Source: Selaginella moellendorffii
Lineage: Eukaryota; Plantae; Lycopodiophyta
Length of the DNA stretch: 64,000 bases
Direction of reading: 5' to 3'
Assembly (NCBI RefSeq): GCF_000143415.4
Contig: NW_003314297.1
Coordinates: forward strand, 1,518,890 to 1,582,889
This document shows, in pieces, positions 10,916 through 25,601 of the stretch (within the stretch, counting starts at the first letter, position 1; every line of letters starts with the position of its first letter). Made by a program: the position numbers and the translations under genes. The notes below the pieces were generated by a model. That model worked only from the letters and a program-made list of their open reading frames with translations, did no database searches and had not been told where the DNA came from.

Positions 10916-13009
10916 ATCAACGCGAAAGACAACGTTTGGCAGAACAGCAAGTTCTTTCTTAGGATCAAGGAACGAGGTATTTTTTTGCTCTTTCTTCCTT
11001 TGGTTTGTATATATTAGAGCTCATGGAAACCATGGAAACGATCGCTTGCCTTTCCAATCACAGTGGCATTTTGACTTTACATTCAAGGCTAAGTTTCGAG
11101 TCGACGTCTACAATGTCCTCAAGCAAAGTGTGACACCAAGAACGTAAGCTCGCTCGTTATGGCTGCCGTTGCTACGCAGCTGTTATAATGAGAGCTTACG
11201 ATCGCTCGCCCGTGCGAGGACACCAAAATTTGCTGGAGAGCAAAACAATCAAGGCAGTATGGATCATCCCTTTCGTTCTCTGTCAGCCAAGGAGCAAGGT
11301 ACCAAAGTAAAAACCTCTGGAGAGCTTCGTGAAACGCTCCAAGAATCGTGGAAGTCCACTTGGCCGGCGAGTTGGATGGATTGATTGTAGGAAGAGTGAC
11401 ATCACAAGGAAGCGGACGAAGGAGTTTGGATGGCAGTCGCGTCGATGAACAGCGCTGCGCTCTCTCCGGGGCAAACATTCCATCCACTCGCAATTCGAGA
11501 GAATTATGGGTGAAACCCGCCAAATGTTTCTGGTGAGATTGATTTGATTTGATTCCAGAATCAATCATCCATGTATGATCGATCAATACATCGTCAATCT
11601 CACGTTCTTTCGTCGAGCGATTCACAACCGTGATGGATAGAACTCCGAGCTGGAGATGAAGAGGAAGGAGGAATCAATCAAAGGTCGTGTGATGACGTGC
11701 GTGGCAAGTCAGCTGCCACGTAGGGGGTTAGTTTCCTTTTTAAAGGGGTGAGCTAACCGCTAGTATTTTAAAGGTGCCAAGAAAGACTTGGGGCTCACGC
11801 GTTGCCAACCAACGCGGGCGAAGAATGTGTGCCCAAATTTTCCTCCACAACTCATCAACCCCTGGTCAAACTCCAAAGTGAAGAAAGAAAATATACCTCC
11901 AGTAGTTTCTCTGTTCTTTCACCTTTCTACCGCACCGTGCGCGGTGGGCCTGCCGCCGCGGCGAGATCATTTGCTCCGCTGCCACAATTCGCGGCACTGC
12001 GGCATCCGACGTGTCAGCCGCAAGGGCCCGCCACGTGTTCCGGCCCGTCCGCCCACAGCTGTTGGTCGGGCGGAATATTCGCCGCGCGGCATATTCCGCC
12101 AGGCGATGGTATGGTGTGGGTGTGAGCAAACGAAGGCGCAAAGCAAGCCCGAGCGCTGGTTATTTTGTGAGGGCTTAGGGATTGCCAGCGATGAGCATTG
12201 CGTGGGCAAGGGCTGGGGGTGGCGCCCCGCGGCCATGGCGGCGTCTCCGATTGATCTCGCCGCCGGCGCGGCCGCCAATGCTGCCGCCATAGCTGCGAGC
12301 TCGGGATTTCCAAGTCAAATCGGCCGCGCCGCGGACGGATTTCCAGATAGGTACATTGCCTGGACCCGATCTGGAGGGCAGTAGGCCCCGATCCAGAGAG
12401 GAGCTGGCACACAGGGTCCCGCACGGCGCTGTTCTTGAGCTCAAACAAGGTAGGCAAGCAGTGGATTGATGGAGATTGGTTTAGCGGTACTGGCATAGAT
12501 TTCCCTTCTTTCACCACGGTAGTAGTAGTGGTGGTACTAGGTATTTCCATCCCATCCCACATTTTCACTGCTCTCTCTCTTTCTCTCTTTTGTTCTTCTT
12601 GAGAGGGTGGTTTAGAAGTTCCATTCGCTGGTTTGGCTGTTCCCGTTGGCTGTCCAAATCGGGGGGGCGCTCGCTCGGCTCTTTCGGATGAGACGTGCCA
12701 TCATCGGTTTCTCTGTCACGGCCACATTTGGGGGCAATGGGATTGAAAATTGGACAAGTTGGGGCGTGGAGGCCATGGAAAGGCTTTTAGCAGCAGTACG
12801 TAAGATGTGAGCCAGGCTCTTCCCGGCTCCTTTCGGCAAATTGGTGGCGGAATTTACAAGTCGGGGCTCGGGGGGGTGATGCGGCGGCAGCGGTAGTGGG
12901 TGTAGTAGATCAGAAGGATTCGGCACTAGTTTGATCCGGTGGGCGTTGCTCGTCACAGATTTATGTGGTCCCCAAGCACTCGAGCTCGCAAACTACTGTC
13001 TGTACGAGC

Positions 13010-16000
13010 ATGTCTCACGCACAGGCGGATGGCAAGAAGCTGGGAGGATCGTACGAGGCGCTGGATCCATTCGCCAAGTTGAAGCCCCAGGCGAACGGAG
13101 CGACGAGGGCCACGTTTTCCGGGGAGGCCGTGCCAGATTCGTCGTCCAGGCCAGCGTCGACAAACTTCTTCTTTGGAGTACCCAGGCTGTCCAGCAGCAA
13201 TAATGCTGGTAACAATCCGGGGAGAAGCGGAGTTGCCAAGCATGGAAGTTTGGACGCAGCAAAGTCGGAGGACTCCGCGGTGCTGAATCTCGCCTCGGAT
13301 AGCTTCACCTTTAAGCATGACACCGAAAGCTTGGATGCGTTTAAATCACGGGGAGCTTTTCCGACTGGCAATGTTGTGGAAGGCTTGCCACGGCAAAAGA
13401 GAAGTGGGGAGCTTCCCCGCGGGAGTAGCTCCAGTTCCGGCGACAGTCCGATGTTCGACATGTCGAGGCCTGCGAGGAAGAGTGGCGAGCTCTCTCGAGT
13501 AAGCATCTCCAGTGGTGCGAGCTTTAGTGGCGAGATACCTCGCGCGAGTCTATCCAGTTCTGGGGAGATCGCAGACGGCTTTCGATCTCAGAGGAGAGTT
13601 GGAGAGGTCCCTCGTGGAAGTAACTCCAGCGGTAGCTCCAGTGGAGAGAGTCCGACTGTGGAGGGTCATCGAGGGACGGCCAACAGGAAAAGTGGAGAAA
13701 TCTATCATGGGAATTCCAGTGGTGGTAGCTCCAGCGGTGGAAGTCCAACACCGGAGATATTTAATAGGGGCAGGAAAAATGGAGAGGGTGGTGCTCATGG
13801 AAGCAACTCAAGCGCAGGGAGTTCCGATGGTGGAAGTCCTACAGCCGAGAGCCTTTGGGGTGGCAAAGGTGGCCCGGTTCTAAATACTGGAATGGTGACT
13901 GGTGGGAGCTTCTCAACCTTTAATGCTGTAGCTAATGGTGGGGGTAGTACTACTGCCATGGACAATGGATCCATAAAGAAGGAGAAGCCGGGTGGCATCC
14001 TCAAGACGCAAAATGGAGGAGAATCCAATGGAACCAGGTTGAACGCGAATCCGGCACCTACGTCGAGTAGATTTTTGGTCGGGGCAGCGTCCCCGGCAGA
14101 GCTCAGAACTGGGATCAAGCTCACAGGGACAACGAACACTTCTGCTTACAAGAAAGTTTCTTATGTTGACGGAGGCAGGGCAGGAGAAAGTCAAGGTATA
14201 CGGAACATTGTTCCGGGTGGCGAGAGCAGGAGCAACGTTTCAGCTGAAGATGTCAAGAATTCGGGAAATGCTGAGTACAAGAAGGGAAACTTTGCAAAGG
14301 CACTCTCTCTATATGACCGGGCCATTTCCTTGTGTCCCGACCAGGCTGCCTACAGATGCAACCGAGCCGCCGCATTGGCTGGGCTCAATCGTGTTGGGGA
14401 AGCGGTGCAAGAATCAGAGATGGCACTGAAACTGGACTCCTCTTTTAGTCGGGCGCACCAGCGACTTGTTTCTCTACTCTTAAGGTACGCTGTCGTTTTT
14501 TGCAATCTTGTCACAGTTTTATTCATTCTACTGCGTGTGATGGAATAGACTTGGACAAACAGAACAAGCTAGAAAGCATCTCAAAGGATCCGGTCAGCAG
14601 AATGAAACAGGAGATAGTCAAAGGATCACTTTGATAGAAAGGAGGCTGACGAACTGTTTCGAAGCAAAGAAGTTGAAAGACTGGAACGCTGTTCTCCGAG
14701 AATGTGATGCTGCAATTGTTGCCGGGGCCGATTATTCCTTGCAGGTAAGGTGGAACTTTCCAGAATTGAGATTCCTTGACCTCTCGAGTTATGTAGGTGT
14801 ACGTTTTAAAAGCGGAATCCCTGCTGAAGCTGCAAAGGTTAGACGAAGCAGACGCAGCACTGGCTGCCGCTCGACGAGTAGAAGACGCGTCTCCCAGATC
14901 TACAAAAGTAGAATTCAGCAACAATCTTGTTGTGTTGCTAGCGCAGGCTGACATGGCCCAAGGCAGGTGCGTTGATATACCGGTTTTATTCCTCAACATT
15001 AAAGTCCATAGTACCGCTTACTAACTTGCCAGGCTTTTTTTCTACAGGTTTGAAGAAGCCGTAGCTATTACAGAGCGGGCTGCCCGTCTCGATCCCCAAA
15101 ACTTCGAAGTTTCCTCTTTACTGAGGAAAGCACGTACAGTGTCGAAAGCCCGGGCGGCGGGTAATGATTTTTTCAAAGCTGCGAAGTTCTTCGAAGCGTG
15201 TGCCGCTTATACCGAAGGCCTGGAGCTTGATCCTGCGAACGCAATCCTTCTCTGCAACCGTGCTGCTAGTCGGTCCAAGCTCGGACAGTGGGAGAAAACT
15301 TTAGAGGATTGCAATGCAGCTTTGCAAGTCCAGCCCAAGTACATGAAGGCGCTTCTGAGACGGGCTCATTCGTATGCCAAGGTACGTGACAGCTTTTTTC
15401 TTTGGGATCTTGACAGCAAAGGTTTTACCTCTCCCAGCTTGAGCGGTGGGAGGACGCGGCAAGAGATTACGAGGCGATAAGACGTGAGCATCCCGGAGAT
15501 GTGGAGGTTGCGCAGGCTCTTTTCGACGTGCAAGTGGCACTCAAGAAATCACGCGGTGAAGAAATATCGAGAACACATTTTGGGGGAGGTGTAGAAGAAG
15601 TGTTTAGAAACGACCAATTCAGGGAAGCAATCTCCTGTCCCGGTAAGTCGTTGTGCGCTTTCTTTGGCAGTTTTGCAAGCGTTCACTCTTTTCTCTGTTC
15701 TCTTTCCTAGGCTTGTCGGTGGTGGAGTTTACGACGCGGTGGAGCGATAGATGTCGCCAGTTTTCCACCTTTGTCGAGGAGCTGTGCAGACGATATCCGT
15801 CTGTGAATTTCTCGAAGGTAAGCTGGCTGCGATTGAGCTGTTGTTTGGATTGGTGTGAATCGATTTTGTTTCTTTTCGTCCAGGTTGATGTCGATGATAG
15901 CCCGTACTTGGCACAGTTGGAAAGCATAAGCTCGGTGCCAACCTTTAAGATTTTCAGAAACGGTGTCAACGTGAAGGAGCTTCTCGGCCCCAGCCAACAG

Positions 16001-16039
16001 GGGCTGGAGCAAGCTGTGAAGCAGTGTGGTGGCGTTTGA
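13010..16039 (+). CDS. TTL: TPR-repeat thioredoxin-like (TTL) protein
   Basis: Long Ser/Gly-rich N-terminus, TPRs ([26 protein letters not shown]), C-terminal thioredoxin-like domain WSDRC...[10 protein letters not shown]. Confidence 0.92.
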
Positions 16040-16652
16040 AAGCTCCAGAGCTCCACATCATTTTTTTTTTCCAATTCTCTGGTGGTGGTGCTAGGCTACA
16101 TCAAGACAACGCAGAAAGTCTCAATTCAAGCGAGCAAAGCAGGCAAGCAAGCATTCATTTGGCGGAGAGAACACAACACCCTCGATTTGTAAAAAAAAAG
16201 ACCTCACGATTTCTTTTTTGCTTGCTTGCTGCCCGCATTCTGGGTGTTTTTACTCCTCCCTCTTCTTAGTTTCTCTTCGTCTTTGCTTTCGCTCTTCTCT
16301 TCTAGTCGGGATTTTTTTTTCCTTTCTCTTCATCGTGTAATTATCAGGATCATCACAAGGCTGGTGTCACCAACATGATCAAGAACAAGACCAACCTCTC
16401 CGGCCAATAACACAGAAAAAAACCATAGTGTTTAGTTCATTCTTATTCTTCACATGCAAATAAGAAACGCAAATCGATGTGAAAACCATCCATCCATATA
16501 GGCAGAGGCAAGAGATCTCTCACTCACTAGTGACTATAAGTTGATTTGCTACCAAACTCTAGGCTGTGATCCATCTAGCCAGCGATTGAAACCAAGGAGA
16601 GGAGCAAGAAAAGAAAAAAGAGCATTTTCTCTTGTTACCAGCTCAAACTCGC

Positions 16653-16925
16653 TCAAACTGGGCTGAAGAGCTGCGTCCAATGCGGCTTGGGCTCCACATT
16701 CATCCCGATGACGATGATGAGCGGGATGAAGCCGTAGTGCACCGCCGTCTTGAGCTTCTTCATCGCCCACGTCGGCCACTCCTTGAGCACTTTGCGCGCC
16801 GCATCCGACGCCTCCGCCGACGCGCTGCCGCCCCCGCCGGCCCCTGGCGGCGGCGGCAGCAGCCTCTTCCCCTTGCCCTTCTTGGATGGATCCGCGCGGA
16901 CGCGCCCGACCTGCACCCCTGCCAT
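16653..16925 (-). CDS. TOM7: Mitochondrial import receptor subunit TOM7
   Basis: [40 protein letters not shown]; single exon; telo-box AAACCCTA at ~16935. Confidence 0.95.
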   Translation of the reverse strand: MAGVQVGRVRADPSKKGKGKRLLPPPPGAGGGGSASAEASDAARKVLKEWPTWAMKKLKTAVHYGFIPLIIVIGMNVEPKPHWTQLFSPV

Positions 16926-16951
16926 CACGCTCCAAAACCCTAACCCTAGAA

Positions 16952-17064
16952 GTATATTCCGTCTATCTACATTTTCCTCCAGGAAGCATATTCTGCTAGC
17001 CGAACCCTAAGAGCACATTCTGTCACACACCACGTAAGCATATTCTGCCAGCCTCGGTATATTC
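16952..17064. promoter_or_regulatory. Cluster of four GNATATNC (P1BS-type) motifs upstream of TOM7
   Basis: GTATATTC 16952, GCATATTC 16986, GCATATTC 17038, GTATATTC 17057, plus near-match GCACATTC 17013. Confidence 0.55.
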
Positions 17065-17108
17065 CGTTATGAGTGAGTTAGTGGGGAAAAAAACAATGAC
17101 GAGCTTTC

Positions 17109-18903
17109 TCAGCTCGGGGTGGCGGGATAGTCATCCGTCTGCCCGAGGTTGAGGGCGCTCTTGATGACACAGAGTAGCCCCCCCAGCGGCGGCTTCAAGG
17201 TGGCCCTGTAGGCGCTCTCGCTGTATCCGGCCTTGGCGTGCCGGACGTAAGGCCGGAACGACTCCACCACGCTGGAGCTGGAGCTGGAGCTCCTCTTGTG
17301 CTTCACCAGGTATGACAGCGCCGACGATGACGCTACACTTCCCATCTCGCGGGAGGAGCTCCTCCCGCGCGAGCGGCTGCTGCGCGCAAACACTGGCGAG
17401 CCGTAGCCCCCGACTCCGCCGCCGTCGCTGCAGCTGGAGTCGGGCGTGCGGAAGTTGAAGCTGGCGGCGGTGGCGATGGTGGCGGTGGCGGCGGGCGAGG
17501 AGAAGGAGAGGGACCTGTGCTGCGCGTCCGAGGCGAGCGCGGCGCCGAGGCTGTTGTTTTTGAAGAAGCTCTGGCCGCCGGGCGAGCTGAGCGGCGTGAG
17601 GAAGCTCATGGCGTTGAGGCGCTCCTCGTAGCACAAGGTGGCGCGGAAGGAGGATGGGGTGCTGCTGCAGCTGCACGAGGAATCGGCGAGCAGCGACGAG
17701 GGTGGCGGCTGCGCACGCTCTGCTGGCTCGCACGACGGTCCTGAGATTTGCATGTCGTGATCCCTGGAGAACGAGAAGCTCCACTTCTCTTTCGTTGCGT
17801 GATCGATGAACGGGGCCATTCCCTGCCAGGAAATGCAACACACACGCAGTTACGATCTATCCATCTGTGATCAAGAGGGGAAAACGAAGGAAAAAACGTT
17901 GTCTTCTTCCTTTTTCTCACCTTCCAGAGGTAGTAGAACATCGAAGGTGCATCGACGAAGAACGATGGAGCTAGTCTTTCCGGATAGTGATCTGAGAGGA
18001 GCTTCATGATGCTGAGTATGAAGCTGAGGAGTGACGAGCTTCCCCTTGACGAGCCTGTGAGTAAGAGAATTGGATCGAGGAATTGTTTAGAGTTTTAGTT
18101 TATTCTTCGGAGTACCTGAGAAGTCAATCAACATGACGAATTGATCAACGCCGGGAGGCATGGAGGAGACTGCCACTTCAAAAGAAAAGACTAAAAAACG
18201 GATAAACCTCCAGAAAAAGAATTCACTGTCAGTTTGTAAGAAAAACCTTTTTTTGTAAGAGAATGATTGTTGGCACCATACCGTTTCTGAGATCTAGGAG
18301 GAAGAAATTCCTGTTTTGTCCTGAGAACCTGATCATATTGATTTTTCCAGTCATCACTTTTGCGGCTTGGAAGCAAATCTTATTTAGGGGTAAACATACC
18401 AGAACTGGCTTCCCGTCGTCGTCTTGTCCAGACACAAAAGCGATCCCCGCGGCGAGCTCCGCTGGAAAATCATCGGCAGTCAAGTACCCTGCACGAAAAA
18501 GAAAAAAAAAAACGGAAAAACAAGGAAAGAGAACTTTAAACTTTGCAAGAAACTTAAAAGCTCACTGATTTCGCACAAAGAGATGGCGACAGAATGGAAT
18601 GCAGCTAGAGATTGATATAGATCATACCGATTTCCAAGCTCTCACGCCAACTTAAGGAAGCTCGGAGTTGCTTGGCAGCCTTTTTGACACTCCCGGAACG
18701 AGCTCTCAAGTATCTGGCGACGCACGCCTCGTTGCAATACTCGGCCTGCATTGCCACCAAAAGTCACTCAACTCGCACATAAACTAGAAGAAATACACAA
18801 CCAAATGGAAACATACCTGTTCTTTGCTGAGTGGAGCTTCTCTCTGGAGCAGCTGAAGAACATCGTCCACATCGGAATTGCCGCTGGTTTTCCTACCGCC
18901 CAT
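17109..18903 (-). CDS. Sec14/CRAL-TRIO lipid-binding domain protein, multi-exon
   Basis: CNEACVARYLRAR..VKKAAKQLRASLSWRES; DDDGKPVL; QFVMLIDFS; LLSDHYPERLA..FFVDAPSMFYYLWK; PFIDHATKEK. Confidence 0.9.
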
Positions 18904-19195
18904 GGTGATCCCGATTGGAACTAGGCATTTCCAATCACTTCCGCAAGAACCCTCTTGCGAGAACCGATCAGACCAGAGACCCAAATGCAGGACGGAGAGA
19001 ACAAGAAGAATTTCGAGCTCCCACTCTCAAGGTTTTGGTAGCTCTCACAGCCCAGAAGAAGCGACCAGAAGAGAAAAAATCTCTCTTTTGGGGATTTGGA
19101 AGAGGGGACTTTCAAGGTTGGTGTCGCTCGCGATCTCTCTAGCTACATCAATGCCCGCTTAAATACATACCGCATTACAGTGTCGATAGATCTAT

Positions 19196-19217
19196 CACAC
19201 ACACACACACACACACA
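19196..19217. repeat. (CA)11 microsatellite
   Basis: Direct read. Confidence 0.95.
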
Positions 19218-19488
19218 AGAGAGTGTAGTGGCTTGATGAGGGCGGCGACGGGGGCCGGACTTCACGGACCATAGAGCTGGAGCGATGTTGACGGGTCGCG
19301 ACAGCCGTAGATTCGCTAATGGTGCCCTAGGAACCCGTTTCAATCTCATCCGCCCACTAAACCACCTTACCAGATCGTACGGCTATGATTTGAAACCCAC
19401 ACTTGCGTACCCGTTGAATCTTGGCGTTTGAAATCCCCGATCCCGGTGTACGGTATATGCTCTGGAAATATTCTCTGTTATTCCCCAG

Positions 19489-21491
<2,003 letters not shown>

Positions 21492-21573
21492 CTACATTAA
21501 CGTATGTAGCAGAAGATGTAGTTAAGTTGTCAGTAATAAATCTCATTTCGTGTACCCTCTCTTCGTTGCAGCT

Positions 21574-23967
21574 ATGGCGCTGCTGCAGAACCTTGGTAGC
21601 TCCCACCTGACGTTGATCTCCTCCTCGAGGAGGAACTGTTCGCGGCGCCAGTGTCGAGGTACTCCAATCGTTTTGTTTGTATTGCCTGGAGTCTCAGCGG
21701 CTTGATTACAGCCGAGACAACAACGGAGCCTCAAACAGATTGGAGGAAAAGGTCGAAACCCATCAAGCCTGGAAGCACGTATCCAGCGAAAGAATTTTGC
21801 AGGTAAAGCTATCAATCTTTTCTAAGAGCTCAATTCACTAAGCTTTTCGCCGTAGTCATTGCGGCTTGTGTGACTCGTATTACATAGCTCATGTGAAGAA
21901 AGCCTGTGCATTTCTCGGGAATGGTATGACTAAAGTCGAGGTGAGCTTTTCTAGTCTTGTTTTGTGTTCCTGTTTTCCTTATTCTATCTATATTCGCAGG
22001 CTATGGAGCCCGAAGTGCATGGGAGAGCACGAGATGTAAAGTCTTTGGACGAGTTATATTTTGGAGTTCATGAAGAGTTACTTTATGCACGAAAGATTGA
22101 GCCTGTCAAAGGTACAGTGACGAAGGCTCAGGTTTTACGTTTTTCCAATCGTGCACATACTTTCAGGAGCCCAATGGACAGGCATTGTTACTGCCATAGC
22201 AATAGAAATGCTCAAAACAAAGCGCGTGGAAGCTGTTATATGTGTTCAGAGGTAGGCTGCTGGTCTTTATAGGACTTCCTGACAGAGGACTTTCTTCAGT
22301 GATCCAGAAGATCGTTTCACACCCCGGCCCGTGCTAGCAAGGTATATTGTCCACCTAGATTCTTGGTATATCTATCTGGTTTCTCAGGACTCCTGAAGAA
22401 ATACTCGCCGCTCGAGGAGTGAAACCGACCTTGTCACCAAATCTAAACACGCTGGCGCTCGTGGAGGTATTGTATTGTCAAAACTTATGATTTGCTTTTT
22501 ACACTTCGCCTGGTAGGCTGCTGGTGTCAAGAAGCTTCTGTTCTGTGGAGTCGGGTGCCAAGTTCAAGGTAATTTCAATCAAGCTATAGATCGTTGCTTG
22601 ATGTTTTGGGGCAGCTTTGAGGGCGGTGGAGAAGTATCTTGGTCTTGAAAAGCTCTACGTGCTTGGTACAAATTGCGGTCAGTAGATGGTCAGTTTTATT
22701 GCTAGTCCCACACAATTATGTGCTAACAAGCAAGAAACCGCAGTGGACAATGGCCCCAGAGAAGGGCTCGATAAGTTTCTACGAGCAGCGAGTGACAGTC
22801 CTCAAACTGTTCTACACTACGAGTTCATGCAAGATTACAAGGTTGTAAACTCGTTTCTAGTTAATTAGACTGACACGTCTAGCCTCTTAGGTTCACCTGA
22901 AACACTTGGATGGTCGTATGGAAGAGGTTGGTGTTCTTGTTCATCTCTCGAGATTGATTTCACTATCATGAACGTTTTCCAGGTTCCTTACTTTTGTTTA
23001 CCAGCTAGTGATCTAACCGATGTGATAGCTCCATCATGCTACAGGTGCTTATTTTCAAATACTTTCATCATGCCAAGGAACTAAGATTTGTCGTTTGTTT
23101 TTGTTTTTGTGCAGCTGCTTCGATTACACCAACGGATTGGCTGTAAGAATTGCAAATTGTTTTCTCAACATACGTTTTGATCTGTGGAATGGTGATTACA
23201 GGATCTCGTGGTGGGCTATATGGGAGTTCCCAAATATCCTGGTGTCAGTATGGTTCAACACCCACAATATGTCACCGTTAGGTAGTGATTTGAACTTATT
23301 TTTACTCGTTTTCTTCTGAGCAAAGTATTGGACGCTTGCAGAAATGAGAGGGGTAGAGAAATGCTGGATCTAGTCAAGCATCTCCTTGAAGTTACACCCA
23401 CTGTTAGCACGGTATGGAATGTTTCATCGCCTCCACACGTTTATTTCGCAATTCCTGTCTGGCCAGGGTGACAGGCGTCCATTTGTAATGGAGACGGTCA
23501 AGGCAGATGACAATGCGAAACTAGGCAAGTTTTCTTTCCTTTTCTTTACATTTTTGTCATGAAAGAGAACCTTTTATTTGTTGCTGTCCTTCGTTGCCAG
23601 GCTTGCAAAAGAGTGCCCCGGCACCTCGATTTGTTGGTAATATTATTGCGTTTCTGCTGAATCTGGTTGGTGTTTGGAGCTCTTTATTTCTTATCGTCTT
23701 GTCTTATAATTGATGCATGACAGATCGGGCCGAAGGGCCTGGAATTTGGACGATACTCTCTTGACTACCACACTATCAGGAATTACCTCTATGTACAGCG
23801 CGCCATGGGGAAATCCAGGTTCGTTTTGCTGTTCAGCATTGCGGATATGACTGTGTTCTTGGCTAACTTTCAGAGCTGAAGCTCACATTCCGTCTTACTC
23901 CAAGGAACTGGTAGAGAAGTACAATGAAGGTGGCGCCATCGATAAACTCTTAAAGCGACAGGTCTAA
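21574..23967 (+). CDS. HCAR: 7-hydroxymethyl chlorophyll a reductase
   Basis: PGSTYPAKEFCSHCGLCDSYY..ACAFLG, GAQWTGIVT, CGVGCQVQ, LGTNC.DNG, EFMQDY, APSCYSCFDYTN, GPKGLEF; many short introns. Confidence 0.96.
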
Positions 23968-24184
23968 ACTTTCTCTTCTTTGTGTGAGAGATTTTATAAA
24001 ACTTCCGAGTTTGCACTTTCAAATAGACTTTGATTTTTTCCAAGTTCAAGAACTTCAGTCTTTTGCGATTAATCTTCGAATTTCGATGGTTTTAGTTATA
24101 AACTTCATTCAAAGCTCTGGCTGACTTGCTCGTTGCTCTTCTTTCTTTTTGGTTTGTTTTATTGTCCTTGCGTTCGCGACTAGG

Positions 24185-24395
24185 CCGGCCTTGCAGAAAG
24201 AATCCGCCAGCACCTCGATTCGTTGAGAGAAATGATCGCATTTCTCCTCAAATCTGGTTGGTGTGTCTTGGATGCATGCGCTTTCTTTTTCTTCAAGTGC
24301 TCACTTAACGGATGCCTGTCCTGGCATGGCAGAACTGGCCCTACTGTGTAGAGCTCTTTGGTCTTGACTACCAACACTCGATCTAGAGATTTTGG
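24185..24395 (+). pseudogene. Decayed tandem copy of two late HCAR exons and their intron
   Basis: CTTGCA.AA.GA..CC.GCACCTCGATT.GTTG..ATCTGGTTGGTGT and CTTGACTACCA match 23601-23790 with indels. Confidence 0.75.
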
Positions 24396-25601
24396 AATCG
24401 TCTCCAAGGCTGCCAAACCTTCAGTACAAATCGAAAGTTTCTAAGTAGTAATATTTTTTTTTATAAATCAGTAGTATCTCTTTTTATCCTGGAAACCCTC
24501 GCGGTTTCATCGTATCTGGCCGCGAAAAGTGTAACAAAAAAAAAGAGGAGCCATTGACGAAAGGCCTCCAGGATAAGGACGTTCTCTCTTTCTTTCTTTT
24601 TTTTCCAGAGGAGTTCAAAGATGGAATACCTTATGTTTATTGTCTCGCCAGCTCTCTGTTGGAACTCGGTCTCCATGTAGACTAGAAAACGACTGGACAA
24701 GACCAAGTCCAAAAGAGGGGGTTTGTAGAATAACATAGGAAAATGTATTCTAGTTGTAAAGTAGAGAAACAGTAAGATTGTAGATCCAATTCCCAGGCGC
24801 CTTACGTAACCTCAACCTCAATCCTTGCCACAAAGCAGAGAAAGTCGAATGAGTGGAACTATATCAGATATGTTGGCAAAAAGAAAAGAGCTTTTACACA
24901 CAGAAAAATTTTAGACAACGAAAGCTACAAGCGACAAGTTGGCGTCCTCTTCCGATGCAACAGCTCGCAATCCCAATCAATCAGGGAAGCACCGATCGAT
25001 CCATACAAGAAAAAAAAAGAAAAACTCAAAAAAGAGAGAGAGAGAGAGAAAAGAAAACAATGTAGGATCACCTTCAAGTTTCAACCCTCGGGACCCCACT
25101 CGAGCGCCGGCGTGGCAGTGTGACGTGGCGCGCACGTGGAGGGCCAGGTCTGGGACGTGGCATGGCAGGTCAGCCTTTTCAGTGGAGACGGGACGGGGTT
25201 TAGAAGATATCGCGCGAGGGTTTTATTTCTTTGTGGTTTTGGATTTTGCGACCAATGTGGACAGACGGCAACAAGCAAGAAGAAGACACGCAAGCGAGCG
25301 CCATTAACTAGTCTCTGGAAAGCTTGTGTAGCGATCGGAGCAGTAGCATCGAGCGCGCGCGCGCGACGAGCGCTTGATTTACTAGCGGCCGCTGGCGAGA
25401 TTTCTCCTCCTCCTCCTCCTCTTACTCGCATTTCTTTCTTTTGTTCTTTCTTCCTGGTGTAGAATCTAGATCTCTCTCGCATTCTCTCGTTCCAGATCCG
25501 CTCCAGCTCTTGACTCGCAGCGAAATCTTCCCCCCTCCCATCAATGCTGCGCTGAAATATCGCGCAAGATCGACCGATTCGTCGCGGCCGGACCCGGATC
25601 C

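Noticed and set aside
11119-11625. 168-aa minus-strand ORF
   Set aside because: No recognisable domain or gene structure
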